From a virus (Duplodnaviria > Caudoviricetes): a stretch of DNA of 62,477 nucleotides. The DNA lies in IMG/VR virus record IMGVR_UViG_3300025286_000008, positions 1 to 62,477 of that record; one strand, 5' to 3'. The position numbers and the translations under genes are program-made. Each line of letters opens with the position of its first letter. Position 1 is the first letter of the stretch. Under the pieces are notes generated by a model. That model did not search any database. It was not told the DNA's origin and saw only the letters and a program-made list of their open reading frames with translations. This document shows, one piece after another, positions 9,869 to 20,200 of this stretch.

Positions 9869-10803
9869 AAAATGCTATAAGATCAGTCACTCGGACAGCT
9901 AGCGACAAGCTCAACATTGTTGTTATGTGTGACAACGAAGAAGACTATATATCTACACTGTGTCAAACGGGGCATAATTTTTATATATTACAAGACATAC
10001 ATGAATCCCAATGGAAAAGAAGCCTAGAGGCTACTCCTTCCAACTTAACTATCTGCCCCAGCTTTGTAACTGCTTGTAATCGCCACTACGATTTAATCAT
10101 TGTTTTTAATCGCCTCACTCAATGGGATAAGGCTAATAAGCTTTCCGCCGCTTGGCATGTACCCATTATAGTAGTTGACATAGCAACATTTAACACTAAG
10201 CTGCAACATCCGTTTTTCGTCGATGTCTCCGTCGAGACTCCCGAGAAAATGCACACTCACGGTGGAGAGATAACGGTAGGCAGTTCCGAAATAGTAACGG
10301 GTAGCTGGACTTCTCCCCACTCCAAGTTTGCTACTACTATACACTCCCCCTACAATCCCCCTCAGAGAGAGTTGAATCCAAGAGAGAATAATAGGATTGC
10401 TATAGACAGTGATATAGAACAAAACTATCTGCGATCATTGCCGATAACTCTTACCAACGGAGTCTTTTCTCAGGGGCTATCCGATGCAGCCTTTTATTTG
10501 CATCTATGGAAATGCGTTACTCCAAAAATGTTAGAGGCTATGATGTTTCGTATTCCTGTGATTACCTTTGAGTCTCTAGACTTTAAAGAGTTTATTGATA
10601 AAGAGGCCGTGATCTTAATACAAGAACTTCAGGTGTTAAACCAGCCCAATATCATGAGAGAATTAAAAGCCTTTCCAAAACAATATAGCGTAGTGGAAAA
10701 CGCCTTCAACATAGTCTCTGAGAGACATTCCCCTGAGAAGTTTCTAGCTGACTGGAACCATATTTTTAACCATAGCATAAGTCTATTCTATACAAGAGGG
10801 TAA
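9856..10803 (+). CDS. Glycosyltransferase-like protein (GT-B, divergent)
   Basis: C-terminal MLEAMMFRIPVIT and HSPEKF..DW resemble the GT4 C-domain. Confidence 0.6.
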   Translation: MFAIENAIRSVTRTASDKLNIVVMCDNEEDYISTLCQTGHNFYILQDIHESQWKRSLEATPSNLTICPSFVTACNRHYDLIIVFNRLTQWDKANKLSAAWHVPIIVVDIATFNTKLQHPFFVDVSVETPEKMHTHGGEITVGSSEIVTGSWTSPHSKFATTIHSPYNPPQRELNPRENNRIAIDSDIEQNYLRSLPITLTNGVFSQGLSDAAFYLHLWKCVTPKMLEAMMFRIPVITFESLDFKEFIDKEAVILIQELQVLNQPNIMRELKAFPKQYSVVENAFNIVSERHSPEKFLADWNHIFNHSISLFYTRG

Positions 10804-10804
10804 T

Positions 10805-11200
10805 ATGAATAAGGAAATTAAATTAGTTGTGAAGGTGAATGACCCGCAAAAGGAGGCGTCTGAAAAAGACTTCTTGGCGGCTCCCGATTCTTTTTTTACT
10901 AGGATTGTTGTACAGGACGTTTTAGAGCTTTCCACCAACGTGGATATCTTGACGACCGTATCTAACAAGCTTAGAAAGGGTGGCACTCTAGTTGTAGAGG
11001 GAGTTGACGCTCTGGACTTATGCCGCAGGATTTATAACGGTTCCGTTTCATTAGAGGAAGCTTCCCGCAATTTCTTAACACGTAGCCACAACCTTAATGC
11101 GGTGGCAACTCTGAGAACATTTTTTGCAAAAAGGGAATGGCCTATAAAGTTTGCTGGTCTTCTTGAAGGTCGTTATTTTGTGGAAGTGGTGAGGCCATGA
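10805..11200 (+). CDS. Degenerate SAM-methyltransferase-like protein
   Basis: DVLE...KLRKGGTLVV..VD resembles the C-terminal half of class I methyltransferases; no motif I. Confidence 0.45.
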   Translation: MNKEIKLVVKVNDPQKEASEKDFLAAPDSFFTRIVVQDVLELSTNVDILTTVSNKLRKGGTLVVEGVDALDLCRRIYNGSVSLEEASRNFLTRSHNLNAVATLRTFFAKREWPIKFAGLLEGRYFVEVVRP

Positions 11201-12042
11201 CAGACACACCCCCACAACAAGAAGTTAGCTCTATCCACACCGCTTGTCGCAACTGCGTGTTTGCCGAGTTTAAGAACAAGGTGCAAACGGGATGCTCGCT
11301 GAATAAGCTAGACGACTACCGCAACGCCGGTATAGACCTAGTCGAAGTATATGATAAGGATGGAACAGAGTTCTTTCTGGTTGATGGTAGATTCTGCTTG
11401 TTCTATAGAAACAAAGAGATCATGGAACGATACCCGAGAGACTCTTGGGAGCGAATTGCACTCATGACTACGAAGTGTCCTTATCATGCTATGGTATTGT
11501 TTGAGGAAGAGCATACCTTTGCACAGCTTAAGCGTACACTAAAGAATCTAAGGCACGATCAAGAAATTGCCCCTAACTTTGTAACGGTACTCAACAAGCA
11601 GTATTTGCACTACGCTGAAAAACCAGAGAAGTATACTAAGCCTAGTGTATTACTTGACCTGTTGAACGATCTAGAATTTCATCAGTTTAGTTTTAAAAAT
11701 GTTTATGATCCAACGTTGGGCAATAGGGAATTGATAGACCTCTCATTTGACAGTAGTTCTACCCTACCCTATCCTTTTTATGCAGTGTTTCACGCCGACT
11801 TCGATATTCCTCATGCCTTTAGCAAAGAGCTAAACGATGCCATCTTAATTAAAATGATGCAGATTGGAATTGGTACTCCCGAGGACAAGCTAAACGGCAT
11901 GATCGTAAGTAGAACCGCCCACAAAAAACACGGCGGCAACGCTTTTAATATTAATCTAGAAGATAAAATAGAAAAGTATGAAGAAAACGCTCACAACTTC
12001 ATCCACAAAGCGAGTGATATATGTCCCAGCCTAATCAAATAA
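11197..12042 (+). CDS. Hypothetical protein with N-terminal Cys cluster, possibly GT-A related
   Basis: CRNC..C..C; located in the glycosylation cluster. Confidence 0.5.
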   Translation: MTDTPPQQEVSSIHTACRNCVFAEFKNKVQTGCSLNKLDDYRNAGIDLVEVYDKDGTEFFLVDGRFCLFYRNKEIMERYPRDSWERIALMTTKCPYHAMVLFEEEHTFAQLKRTLKNLRHDQEIAPNFVTVLNKQYLHYAEKPEKYTKPSVLLDLLNDLEFHQFSFKNVYDPTLGNRELIDLSFDSSSTLPYPFYAVFHADFDIPHAFSKELNDAILIKMMQIGIGTPEDKLNGMIVSRTAHKKHGGNAFNINLEDKIEKYEENAHNFIHKASDICPSLIK

Positions 12043-12482
12043 CTTATCTGGTAAACAACAGCCACCCGTTTCCAGACGGATACAACGTGATCCGCAATGA
12101 CAAGGGGCTGCCAGAACATGATTTTTATAATCAGCAGATTGCCACTTACGATACTACTAAAAACAATATCGTGGCATTCATAGATAGTAACTGCTGGATT
12201 ACCAATCCTGATGTTACAGACATTGTTGTTTCGGCTTTTGAAGAGAATCCCGAGGCGACCTTTATTTATACCGATCTATTGATGCTGTATCAAGAGCAGG
12301 AAATGATTGACCATTTCAGCGGTATGGAAATTCCCGACGCTGCCTTTTTTATGAACCTAAACTTTCCTATTCTATTTCCAGCACACCCTCAATGTAAACT
12401 ACAGACAATGCAGCAGCTAACCAGTCAGGGTAAGCTATTTGTACACATACCAGACCCGCTACTGACTGCGTTTAAGCAATGA
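12021..12482 (+). CDS. GT2/GT-A-like fragment
   Basis: IVAFIDSNCW (DxD-like) followed by FIYTD. Confidence 0.45.
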   Translation: MSQPNQITYLVNNSHPFPDGYNVIRNDKGLPEHDFYNQQIATYDTTKNNIVAFIDSNCWITNPDVTDIVVSAFEENPEATFIYTDLLMLYQEQEMIDHFSGMEIPDAAFFMNLNFPILFPAHPQCKLQTMQQLTSQGKLFVHIPDPLLTAFKQ

Positions 12483-13183
12483 GTGTTAGACACATAAAAA
12501 AAATAGCCGACGCGACCGCACTGGATGTGATTATACCTGCGGCTGGCCTGGGCAGACGGATGAAATCTTATGGGCCTAAACCTCTCATTAAGATTAAACC
12601 TAATTTAACTATTATAGAAAATCAACTGAAAGTTCTCAAGAGGGTAATTCCGCAAGCTAACATCATTCTAGTGGGCGGCTTTGATGCAGATAAATTAATG
12701 AATCAAACTCCTGACAACTTAATTAAAATAGAAAATGAAAAATACGCCACCACTAACGTAGTACGCTCTATCGGCATGGGCCTACGAGCTTGTCAAAACG
12801 ACGTATTAATTATATATGGTGATTTAATTTTTAACATCCAAGCAATCTCCGCTATGGACTTTAACCACTCATCTATCCTGGTAGGACAAGATATCATGGC
12901 CGATAAGGAAGTAGGCTGTGTTGTAAATGCAAGAGGTGCAGTAGAAAACATGATGTATGATTTGCCGACCAAGTGGGGGCAGATTTCTTTTGTCAAAGGC
13001 CGAGAGCTAAGGCTGTTAAAGCAGATATGCTGGAATCCTAACAATTATAATATGTTTGGCTTTGAGGCAATTAACCATATTATCTCCAATGGGGGAAAGT
13101 TAAAAGGTTGTCACGATCCAAAAGCAAGAGTTATTGATGTAGACACTAATAAGGACTTGGAAAAGGTGAGAAGCATTATATGA
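12479..13183 (+). CDS. Sugar/choline-phosphate nucleotidyltransferase (LicC/NTP_transf_3-like)
   Basis: IIPAAGLGRRMKSYGPKPL, YGDLIF and terminal DVDT motifs. Confidence 0.85.
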   Translation: MSVRHIKKIADATALDVIIPAAGLGRRMKSYGPKPLIKIKPNLTIIENQLKVLKRVIPQANIILVGGFDADKLMNQTPDNLIKIENEKYATTNVVRSIGMGLRACQNDVLIIYGDLIFNIQAISAMDFNHSSILVGQDIMADKEVGCVVNARGAVENMMYDLPTKWGQISFVKGRELRLLKQICWNPNNYNMFGFEAINHIISNGGKLKGCHDPKARVIDVDTNKDLEKVRSII

Positions 13184-14022
13184 GAATTTTTATTTCCCCA
13201 CATCAAGATATAAGAGTACAGGGTCTAGCAAAGGCCGTCAAGAGTGTTGTGTCAGATACTTACTTTTGGGACCATACCCGCAAGCCTCTTTTTGACTTAC
13301 TGGTATCCGATAAGCCCGACGTTATCTTTTATCATGATGCAACCGACACTAACGGTTCGATAGCATTGGCCAAACAAGAGTATCCAAATATCAAGTTTGT
13401 GTTCATGCAGTTTCTACCTACTATATCTCCCTTTCAACCTGACCTGACTATTGTTATGGATGAGAGGCTGAAAAAGGATGAATCATTATTTCTCGACTAC
13501 CAAACCAGCGTTATAGATATGGTGAGTGGCGAAAAAAACAATAGGTATAGTGCAGAGGTATTGGTTCTAACGGACAGTGTCGATGTGCAAGATGAATTTC
13601 AGATGCTGGTTTTGCGAGCACTGAGTAATAAGTTTCAAACTAAAATTTATGGAAATATTACTATTCCAATCCCCAATTATCTAGGTCGATTAAAAGTAGA
13701 GGATTACCGACATGCCTTTGCTTCAACTAAAGTCTTTGTAGGCTTTAATAAAGATCGCCTTAACGATGCCTCTTATCATAATTGCTGCCCCCTGACCTTC
13801 AATGCTAACTCTCCAGGTAAGTATGAATTTAGAGGGGCCAATCAATTGATGGAAAAGTGTCAGTATTTTATAGACAACGGCAAACAGGAAGACCTGAGCA
13901 GCCTAGCTATTAACTCCACATACAACCATAGTGTCGTAGACATATTTAACAAATTAAACTATTCCGAAGCTGCTACAGAAGCACAGCAGATTTGCGAAGC
14001 TCAAAAGGAGAGCTTGAAATGA
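13180..14022 (+). CDS. Glycosyltransferase-like protein (CgeB-like, divergent)
   Basis: KPDVIF and KIYG...NYLG segments; cluster context. Confidence 0.45.
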   Translation: MRIFISPHQDIRVQGLAKAVKSVVSDTYFWDHTRKPLFDLLVSDKPDVIFYHDATDTNGSIALAKQEYPNIKFVFMQFLPTISPFQPDLTIVMDERLKKDESLFLDYQTSVIDMVSGEKNNRYSAEVLVLTDSVDVQDEFQMLVLRALSNKFQTKIYGNITIPIPNYLGRLKVEDYRHAFASTKVFVGFNKDRLNDASYHNCCPLTFNANSPGKYEFRGANQLMEKCQYFIDNGKQEDLSSLAINSTYNHSVVDIFNKLNYSEAATEAQQICEAQKESLK

Positions 14023-14465
14023 TAGGAGTTATTGCGGACGATATTGTTTATTCTCCACAAAGCTATTTTCTGTTTAAAGCTTTAAATGAATTGTCGGTCA
14101 GTAATGACTGCTATTTGTTTGCTAGCTCTGTACAGCATCTACCAATGAACAACAACTTTGCTATCATGCAGCAGTTAGAAGCATTGCATCATCCAGGTAT
14201 ATTGATTAGCACTTCTATGATGAATACTCAGATATTGGCACACAGCTTAACTGCTAGTAAAAAATATTATTATATGTGGTCTTTTGAGTGGTGTGCATTA
14301 AAACAATTTGGAGCGAACCAGCTAGACCATATCTTTCATAATGATGAGATAAACATTATAGCTCGCAGCAACACACATGCCGATAAAGTGGCACAGTTGT
14401 TTAAGCCAACAGTTGGAGTAGCGTATAATTGGAATGCTAAACAGATACAAAAGGTACTGTCATGA
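14019..14465 (+). CDS. Hypothetical protein (GT N-domain-like)
   Basis: ATG at 14019 with AAGGAG RBS, preferred over the TTG at 13992; KKYYYMW..EW and IIARS motifs. Confidence 0.55.
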   Translation: MIGVIADDIVYSPQSYFLFKALNELSVSNDCYLFASSVQHLPMNNNFAIMQQLEALHHPGILISTSMMNTQILAHSLTASKKYYYMWSFEWCALKQFGANQLDHIFHNDEINIIARSNTHADKVAQLFKPTVGVAYNWNAKQIQKVLS

Positions 14466-15250
14466 GTCAGTTTTTTGCCAAGTCAAATAAGATACGCTTT
14501 GAAAGATACAATAAGTTGTATCATGATGAGAATATGAGTTGGGGTGAAATCGCCAAACTCTTTGATACGTATCCAAACAGGGTGCGTCGGGATGCCCATA
14601 AGCTTGGCGTAAAATCTAGAGACAAGTCTGAGGCTCAAAAAGTGGCCTTATCAGAAGGTCGTCAATCCCACCCTACAGAGGGGAAGAAGCAGTCACAGGC
14701 TACCAAAAACAAGATAAGTGAGAGCCAGGGGCAGGTGTGGGACACCCTCACAGCAGAAGACCGCGAGAGACGCTCAAAAATAGGCGTAGAAGCGTGGAAT
14801 AAAAAAACAGATAGTGAGAGAGCGGATTTTTTTAAAAGGTCACAGGAGGCCATACAGAGAGCCTCACAGCATGGCTCTAAAGTAGAGCTATTCCTATTCG
14901 ATAATCTCGTCCAGAACGGATATAGGGTAGATAAGCACAAAGAGCACCTTTTACAGAACGAGAGATTCCATATTGACCTGTATGTACCTAGCTGTCGTGT
15001 GGCTATAGAGGTAGACGGGCCTATTCATTTTGAGCCTTTATTTGGGCAGGAAAAGCTGGAGAAAAGGCAAGCCCTAGATCAAGCAAAAAATGGCCTTATT
15101 CTTTCTGCTGGAATGGCACTTATTAGAGTACGATTAAATAAGAGGGAATCTCAAAGATACCTTCGGACTATCTGGTCTAATGTTTCAGATATATTAAATA
15201 AGGTAGAGGACAAGTTTCCACCAAAACACGAGAGGTATTTTGAAATATGA
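14462..15250 (+). CDS. Putative homing endonuclease: HTH + NUMOD3-like + Vsr/DUF559 nuclease
   Basis: MSWGEIAK HTH; QSQATKNKISES; HIDLY..VAIEVDGPIH. Confidence 0.75.
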   Translation: MSQFFAKSNKIRFERYNKLYHDENMSWGEIAKLFDTYPNRVRRDAHKLGVKSRDKSEAQKVALSEGRQSHPTEGKKQSQATKNKISESQGQVWDTLTAEDRERRSKIGVEAWNKKTDSERADFFKRSQEAIQRASQHGSKVELFLFDNLVQNGYRVDKHKEHLLQNERFHIDLYVPSCRVAIEVDGPIHFEPLFGQEKLEKRQALDQAKNGLILSAGMALIRVRLNKRESQRYLRTIWSNVSDILNKVEDKFPPKHERYFEI

Positions 15251-15972
15251 GCACTATCAACGATATGGTCGAAGAAGTAGTGGAAGATGAACTGAGAGAC
15301 GTTCAAGAACCTAATGCTAAGCAGTGTACCGATCCCGATTGGGCGGAATACGTGCTAGACCAACTGGCTGACCATGAGCTTATTAACGGAGCCCCTACCA
15401 CAGACGGTCTGCGAAGAGTGGCAGAAAAGATTTTCGGGCAGATTCTAGTGTCTGATACAGACGTTATTGAAGTTCCGAAAGAGGCACTCAAGGGTAAGGC
15501 TACGGTTAAGCACACTATGGTCTTTGATCGGATTGACGGTCGCGGCCAACTGCGGGTCAGTGCATGCGTCGATGCCTTGGGAAGTAGTCTCCCTGCACCG
15601 TTTAATAAGCATATCGTAGCTACTGCATGTACTAGAGCAGAAGGTAAGGCTTTGAGAAGGGCTTTAAAAATTAGAGTAACCACAGCGGAAGAGTTGGTTG
15701 CCACAGATGATCCCGATGAAGATAATAGCGGTGAGCCGATTAACGATCAGCAAGTGCTGGCTATTAATCAAATGTGTAAGAGGAACAACCTGAACGTGGT
15801 TGGAGTTGTAAAAGACACAGCCAAGTCAGCTAAGACTATCAAGGATGTGAAGAATGTGGAAGGTCGGTTTATTTTAACTAAACTGTCCGAGTATCAACGT
15901 AGCAAGTCTACTCTTGATAAGTCCTTGGTAGGCTATAATGAGCAATGGCAAGAAGAGTTTGGAGGCAAATAA
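15247..15972 (+). CDS. Putative single-strand annealing recombinase (Rad52/Sak-like)
   Basis: ATACTRAEGKALRRAL followed by AEE, resembling the SSAP helix motif. Confidence 0.5.
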   Translation: MSTINDMVEEVVEDELRDVQEPNAKQCTDPDWAEYVLDQLADHELINGAPTTDGLRRVAEKIFGQILVSDTDVIEVPKEALKGKATVKHTMVFDRIDGRGQLRVSACVDALGSSLPAPFNKHIVATACTRAEGKALRRALKIRVTTAEELVATDDPDEDNSGEPINDQQVLAINQMCKRNNLNVVGVVKDTAKSAKTIKDVKNVEGRFILTKLSEYQRSKSTLDKSLVGYNEQWQEEFGGK

Positions 15973-16364
15973 TGTTAGCGAGAATTAGAATTACAGATTC
16001 CATTTGGATCGACGTAGACTCGGAGCGAGAGGTCGATCTCTTTAAGGGCATGGCCCGAGTACAGGAAATCTTTCAGCACGACCGATGTGGTAAGTGCAAA
16101 AATTCAGATGTAAAGTTTGTATGTCGGCAAGACTCCGACGACAATGACTGGTTAGAAATTGTCTGCCAGAGCTTGCAATGTCGGGCTAAGCTGATCTTCG
16201 GTCAGACTAAGGGCAAGGGCGGGGAAATCTATCCCAAGCACCGATGGAACCTGTTGTCCGAAACGCAGCAAAAGCAACGCAGCGACGAAGAGGAATACGC
16301 TGAGCAACACTCAGGTTTTCTTCCTAATGGCGGCTGGTTTATTTATAAACGCAAAGAGGGCTAA
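15972..16364 (+). CDS. Zn-finger hypothetical protein
   Basis: ATG at 15972 with GGAGG RBS; CGKC...CQSLQC. Confidence 0.65.
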   Translation: MLARIRITDSIWIDVDSEREVDLFKGMARVQEIFQHDRCGKCKNSDVKFVCRQDSDDNDWLEIVCQSLQCRAKLIFGQTKGKGGEIYPKHRWNLLSETQQKQRSDEEEYAEQHSGFLPNGGWFIYKRKEG

Positions 16365-17008
16365 TTGTGGCCCCTCTCAATGAGAAAGTCAACATAAGCA
16401 TCAGTTTGCTTAAAGGCTTTCCAGCTTTCATAGCGGACACCGTTCCAAGCAAAGTATGATGTCTTAGGAGGCAAAGCTCCGGTCGCACGAAGGTCTTTCT
16501 CGAATGCGTCTAGGGCTTGTCTCTGCAAGGCATTTTGCAATGCTCTAGCCCTATCTTCAAGATAAGTGCTTCGGTTGCGTTCTTTATATTCATCTTGAAT
16601 TTCCCAACGCACTCGAATTCTAGTGGCGTCGTTCATAATCTTCATGCTACGGGCAGTCTCTCGATCAATAAAGAATCGGCCAAGATGACTCAGATAGATA
16701 CCTCTGGACTGAATATATCTGCCCACTCCAGTATACAATCCCTCGGCTGCCGTTGATGCGTGGCGATACGCTCCGTGATGACCGTAGCCGCCACCCCAGC
16801 GATTACCCCACCCTCCGTAGCCATGTCCATAACCATGTCTATTGTGGTGGACACCACGATGACCATTATGATGCTTACAGGTATGGGGATGATTAATACA
16901 AGCTACCGTCTTGGTGCATGCAATAGGATTCTTTGCGACTACCTTGTCGTCTGATACTGCAACTCCGTTTACGAGCAAAAGGCTAATAGTAATTAAAATA
17001 GCTTTCAT
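16361..17008 (-). CDS. Secreted His/Gly-rich protein
   Basis: N-terminal signal peptide, H/G-rich linker, HASTAAEG motif; AAGGA RBS. Confidence 0.7.
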   Translation of the reverse strand: MKAILITISLLLVNGVAVSDDKVVAKNPIACTKTVACINHPHTCKHHNGHRGVHHNRHGYGHGYGGWGNRWGGGYGHHGAYRHASTAAEGLYTGVGRYIQSRGIYLSHLGRFFIDRETARSMKIMNDATRIRVRWEIQDEYKERNRSTYLEDRARALQNALQRQALDAFEKDLRATGALPPKTSYFAWNGVRYESWKAFKQTDAYVDFLIERGHN

Positions 17009-17280
17009 TGTTCGTCCTTTCTTTCTTCTTCTTTTTGTGGATCGCTGTTCTTCCTATAAGGGAAAATACGATTTAGGAATTGTCGTCGCTTATTACAACC
17101 GCACCAACGCATGCCGGTTGCCTCTTTAATGCCCTCTTCGGTTAGTCCAAACCTAGCAAACACCTTCTGTAAAGTATCCCCCAAGCCTTCGGAATCTTTT
17201 AAGTGGAAGTTGTCTAGTCTAACATCCTCTTCTTTTTCTAGGTGTTCTACTACCTCATCTATTTTAGCCTTGACATCCAT
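17005..17280 (-). CDS. Conserved phage protein (GLGD..CGC family)
   Basis: GLGDTLQK...CGCNKRR..LN motif recalled from many phages. Confidence 0.65.
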   Translation of the reverse strand: MDVKAKIDEVVEHLEKEEDVRLDNFHLKDSEGLGDTLQKVFARFGLTEEGIKEATGMRWCGCNKRRQFLNRIFPYRKNSDPQKEEERKDEQ

Positions 17281-17295
17281 TTTTAGTTTCCAAAA

Positions 17296-20200
17296 TTACG
17301 GAGGAGTAAGCTCAATAGTAACAGTATTATTACAGTCTTCATCAGCAAAGCTTAGTTGAAAACCTGATCCAAAGACTAATAATTTAACATCTCTAAATAT
17401 GGGCGGGGATGGATTACTAGAGGGGTCTTCTATACCACTTGAGACATCTAGTCTATTAACAGGAAAGGCATACCAGGAGCAGTCTACGTTGTCAAAATAA
17501 GCGGGAATCTTGCCCATGCCGGTCGGTGGCTCAATAGCCCACGGCCAAGCAAGATATTGAGTAGCAAGTGTCCCTTCAGGATCGGCTACTGTTGAACCGC
17601 TAGCATCATATGTGACTTTGGTGTTTGTAAGCTGGACGCCAGAATCAACTAAGAAACAATCGCCGGTTGGCAGGGCATGCATGATACGTGGTGGTTGAGG
17701 TGGAACCCAAACTCCTCTTTCACGATCCAGACGCAAATCCAGTGGGGCCATTGGCCACGATTTTGGTTTTTGCAACCACCCATCCATGAACCTATCTAGC
17801 AAAAGCGTTTCTACAAATTTGCCAGACTCTGCATCTGATTCAATATCAATTTTGTTCGGCACTGGCTTACCGCACAAGTCATATCCCCATTGCTGTATCA
17901 TTATAGGTCCACGATGAACCATAAACCTATAGTCACTCTGATAACCATCATCGGACTCTTCAATAGTCCACCCACTAGCAGGAGGCGTAGCTCCTCTACC
18001 CAGTATTTCAATGTCGTGGCCCGATGCGGCTAAATGAGAACGCTCTAACAGGACAGGCTGTTGAGGATTAGCTAGAGCATCTAAAAATGTTCGGGTTACT
18101 GACAGCCTATCATATTCCAAAATCGGACCATCTGCTTGCTTAGAATGATCGGCTAAGCCTGTACACATACCAGTGTTAAAGACAAAATAAGGAGTCAAGC
18201 CGCCATCTCCAGATTTAGAGACTGGTCTAAATAGACCGTCTAAACTCATCATGGCAGTAACGCCATAGGTTCCACTGTCTTGGAAGCCTGCTTGAGCCTG
18301 ACGAATAGCTGAAGTATTAACAGAGGGGCGATAAGAAGAGTTCTCTGTTCCGGTGTTGGTATATCGGCCCACCATAACGTGATGAGAGCTTTTAGGTGCT
18401 TTGTCTACACCAATATTAGCATGATGCTCGCGTCCTCTGGCATTACCAGCAGCTACTTGACGGCGTAGTAATTGCTGAGCCCTAATGTTTCTGGCGGTGC
18501 TTACGCGAGACTGTCCAATAATCTTTAAGCGTTCAGCATTATCTTTGGCGAACCTACCAAATGCAGGAGTATAAGTGCTGAATTGATATTCGGTAGTAAA
18601 ACCATTTGGCCCTACGGTGGAAGATACGCTGGTTATATTAGGCCCAAACTCTCCGGTCCATTCGTTCATAGCAACGCGAACAGTGGGCAAAGTACCAACA
18701 CAAACATTGGTGCTATACGATCTGGTTCCTAGATACTTTTGATTACCCTGAGATACAGGAGGGCTGGCCGTGTCCACCGAGAACAGTTCTGCTCCAATGG
18801 GGATGTTTGGAAATCCCGCTACTGCAACGCTCCCTCGCTCCCCTTTTCTCATTTGAGTTACAGAGCTATTGACCTTATTTAGAGCCGCCTGCGTCATGAT
18901 GTTGTCGCTACCATATTCCCAAGGCACAAGACCATCATCTGTTTCTAGACGCACCTGTCCTGGTAGTCCAGCTATACCCCAAGGGCCATAAGTTTGAACA
19001 TGGCTAACTTGCGGGGCTAAGGCTCCTACGGGTGCAATGGCTCGACCGACCATGCCCAGCACCACAGCACTCTTGTCTACTATCCTGATCGGTGCATCTA
19101 CTCCAGGCTGACCTTCCAGCAATTTATCTAAAGCTGCGAAAGCCTCCCCAAATTTATTACCTTGAGTATGAGAGTCTATAACAGCCCCAGCACCCTTTAG
19201 GAGAAAGGAAACTGTATTACCGGCAGGAGCCAACGGAGTGCCAGCTACCCATCTCTCGTCTACTTCTGCCTTCATCCATATATTGGCTGTTCCGTCTGTG
19301 ATATAGGTATCGTCTCCAAGTCTTGTAGGGTCAGCGTTTAAACCTGCGTTGCCACCTAGACCGCTAGCGGTAACAGGAAAGCGTATAATAGGTTGATATT
19401 TTCCAGCGTCGTCACGAAAGAAGTCTGTAGCGGAGGTATCGTGGGTCAATCCTAATACGGTTGAGGTGCTGTCGTCTATCCAGCAACCCTCAGTAGAAGC
19501 ATTGTGAGAATATTTCTTTTTATCAGACTCTTGATCTGTAACAACGCACACCGATCCAGCATTGACTAGCCACTGCTTGCCATAATATTCATTTGCAAAA
19601 TTACGCACATACTCATATATCATCTCAAAGTCTTTATCGTCATCGGCATCCATAGCGTCCGGTGCGAGCTTGTTAGCAATTGCAATGGCGTGTTCTGGAA
19701 CCTTCCCCTCAATAATCCTTTTAAGAACAACTTTATTAATACGTCCTTCATGACCAATAGCAAGGAGGTGGGCGGCAAAGTCATTATCTACGAATAGGCA
19801 AACTTCTCTCCATGAGTCTATATCAATTAGAGCGGCCCGTAGTTCACTTTCAGTAATCCAATTGTACTGCATAGCAAACGCGGTGTTTAGAGTCTGACTT
19901 AAACGAAAAGTGTCTAAGCGAATCTGATACTCTTCATCTACAATCTGAGCTTGTACTAAATCACCTGCGGTGTCTACCCCAAAGAATGGAACTATGTCTC
20001 CAGCGTCTACTATTTCCGCATCTCTAACCGCACCACCTATTAAATAGATAGAATTATCTTCGTTGCGTACTTCTTCGCCCCTGGTATAAGTTAGAATCCC
20101 TCCGCTAGATGCTGCTTCGTCTGCTCGCCGTGTAGCTATAAAGGTGTCTAGCACTCCTAACGCAGGCTGTTGTGATCTAACTGCTGCCCGCACCTTAATT

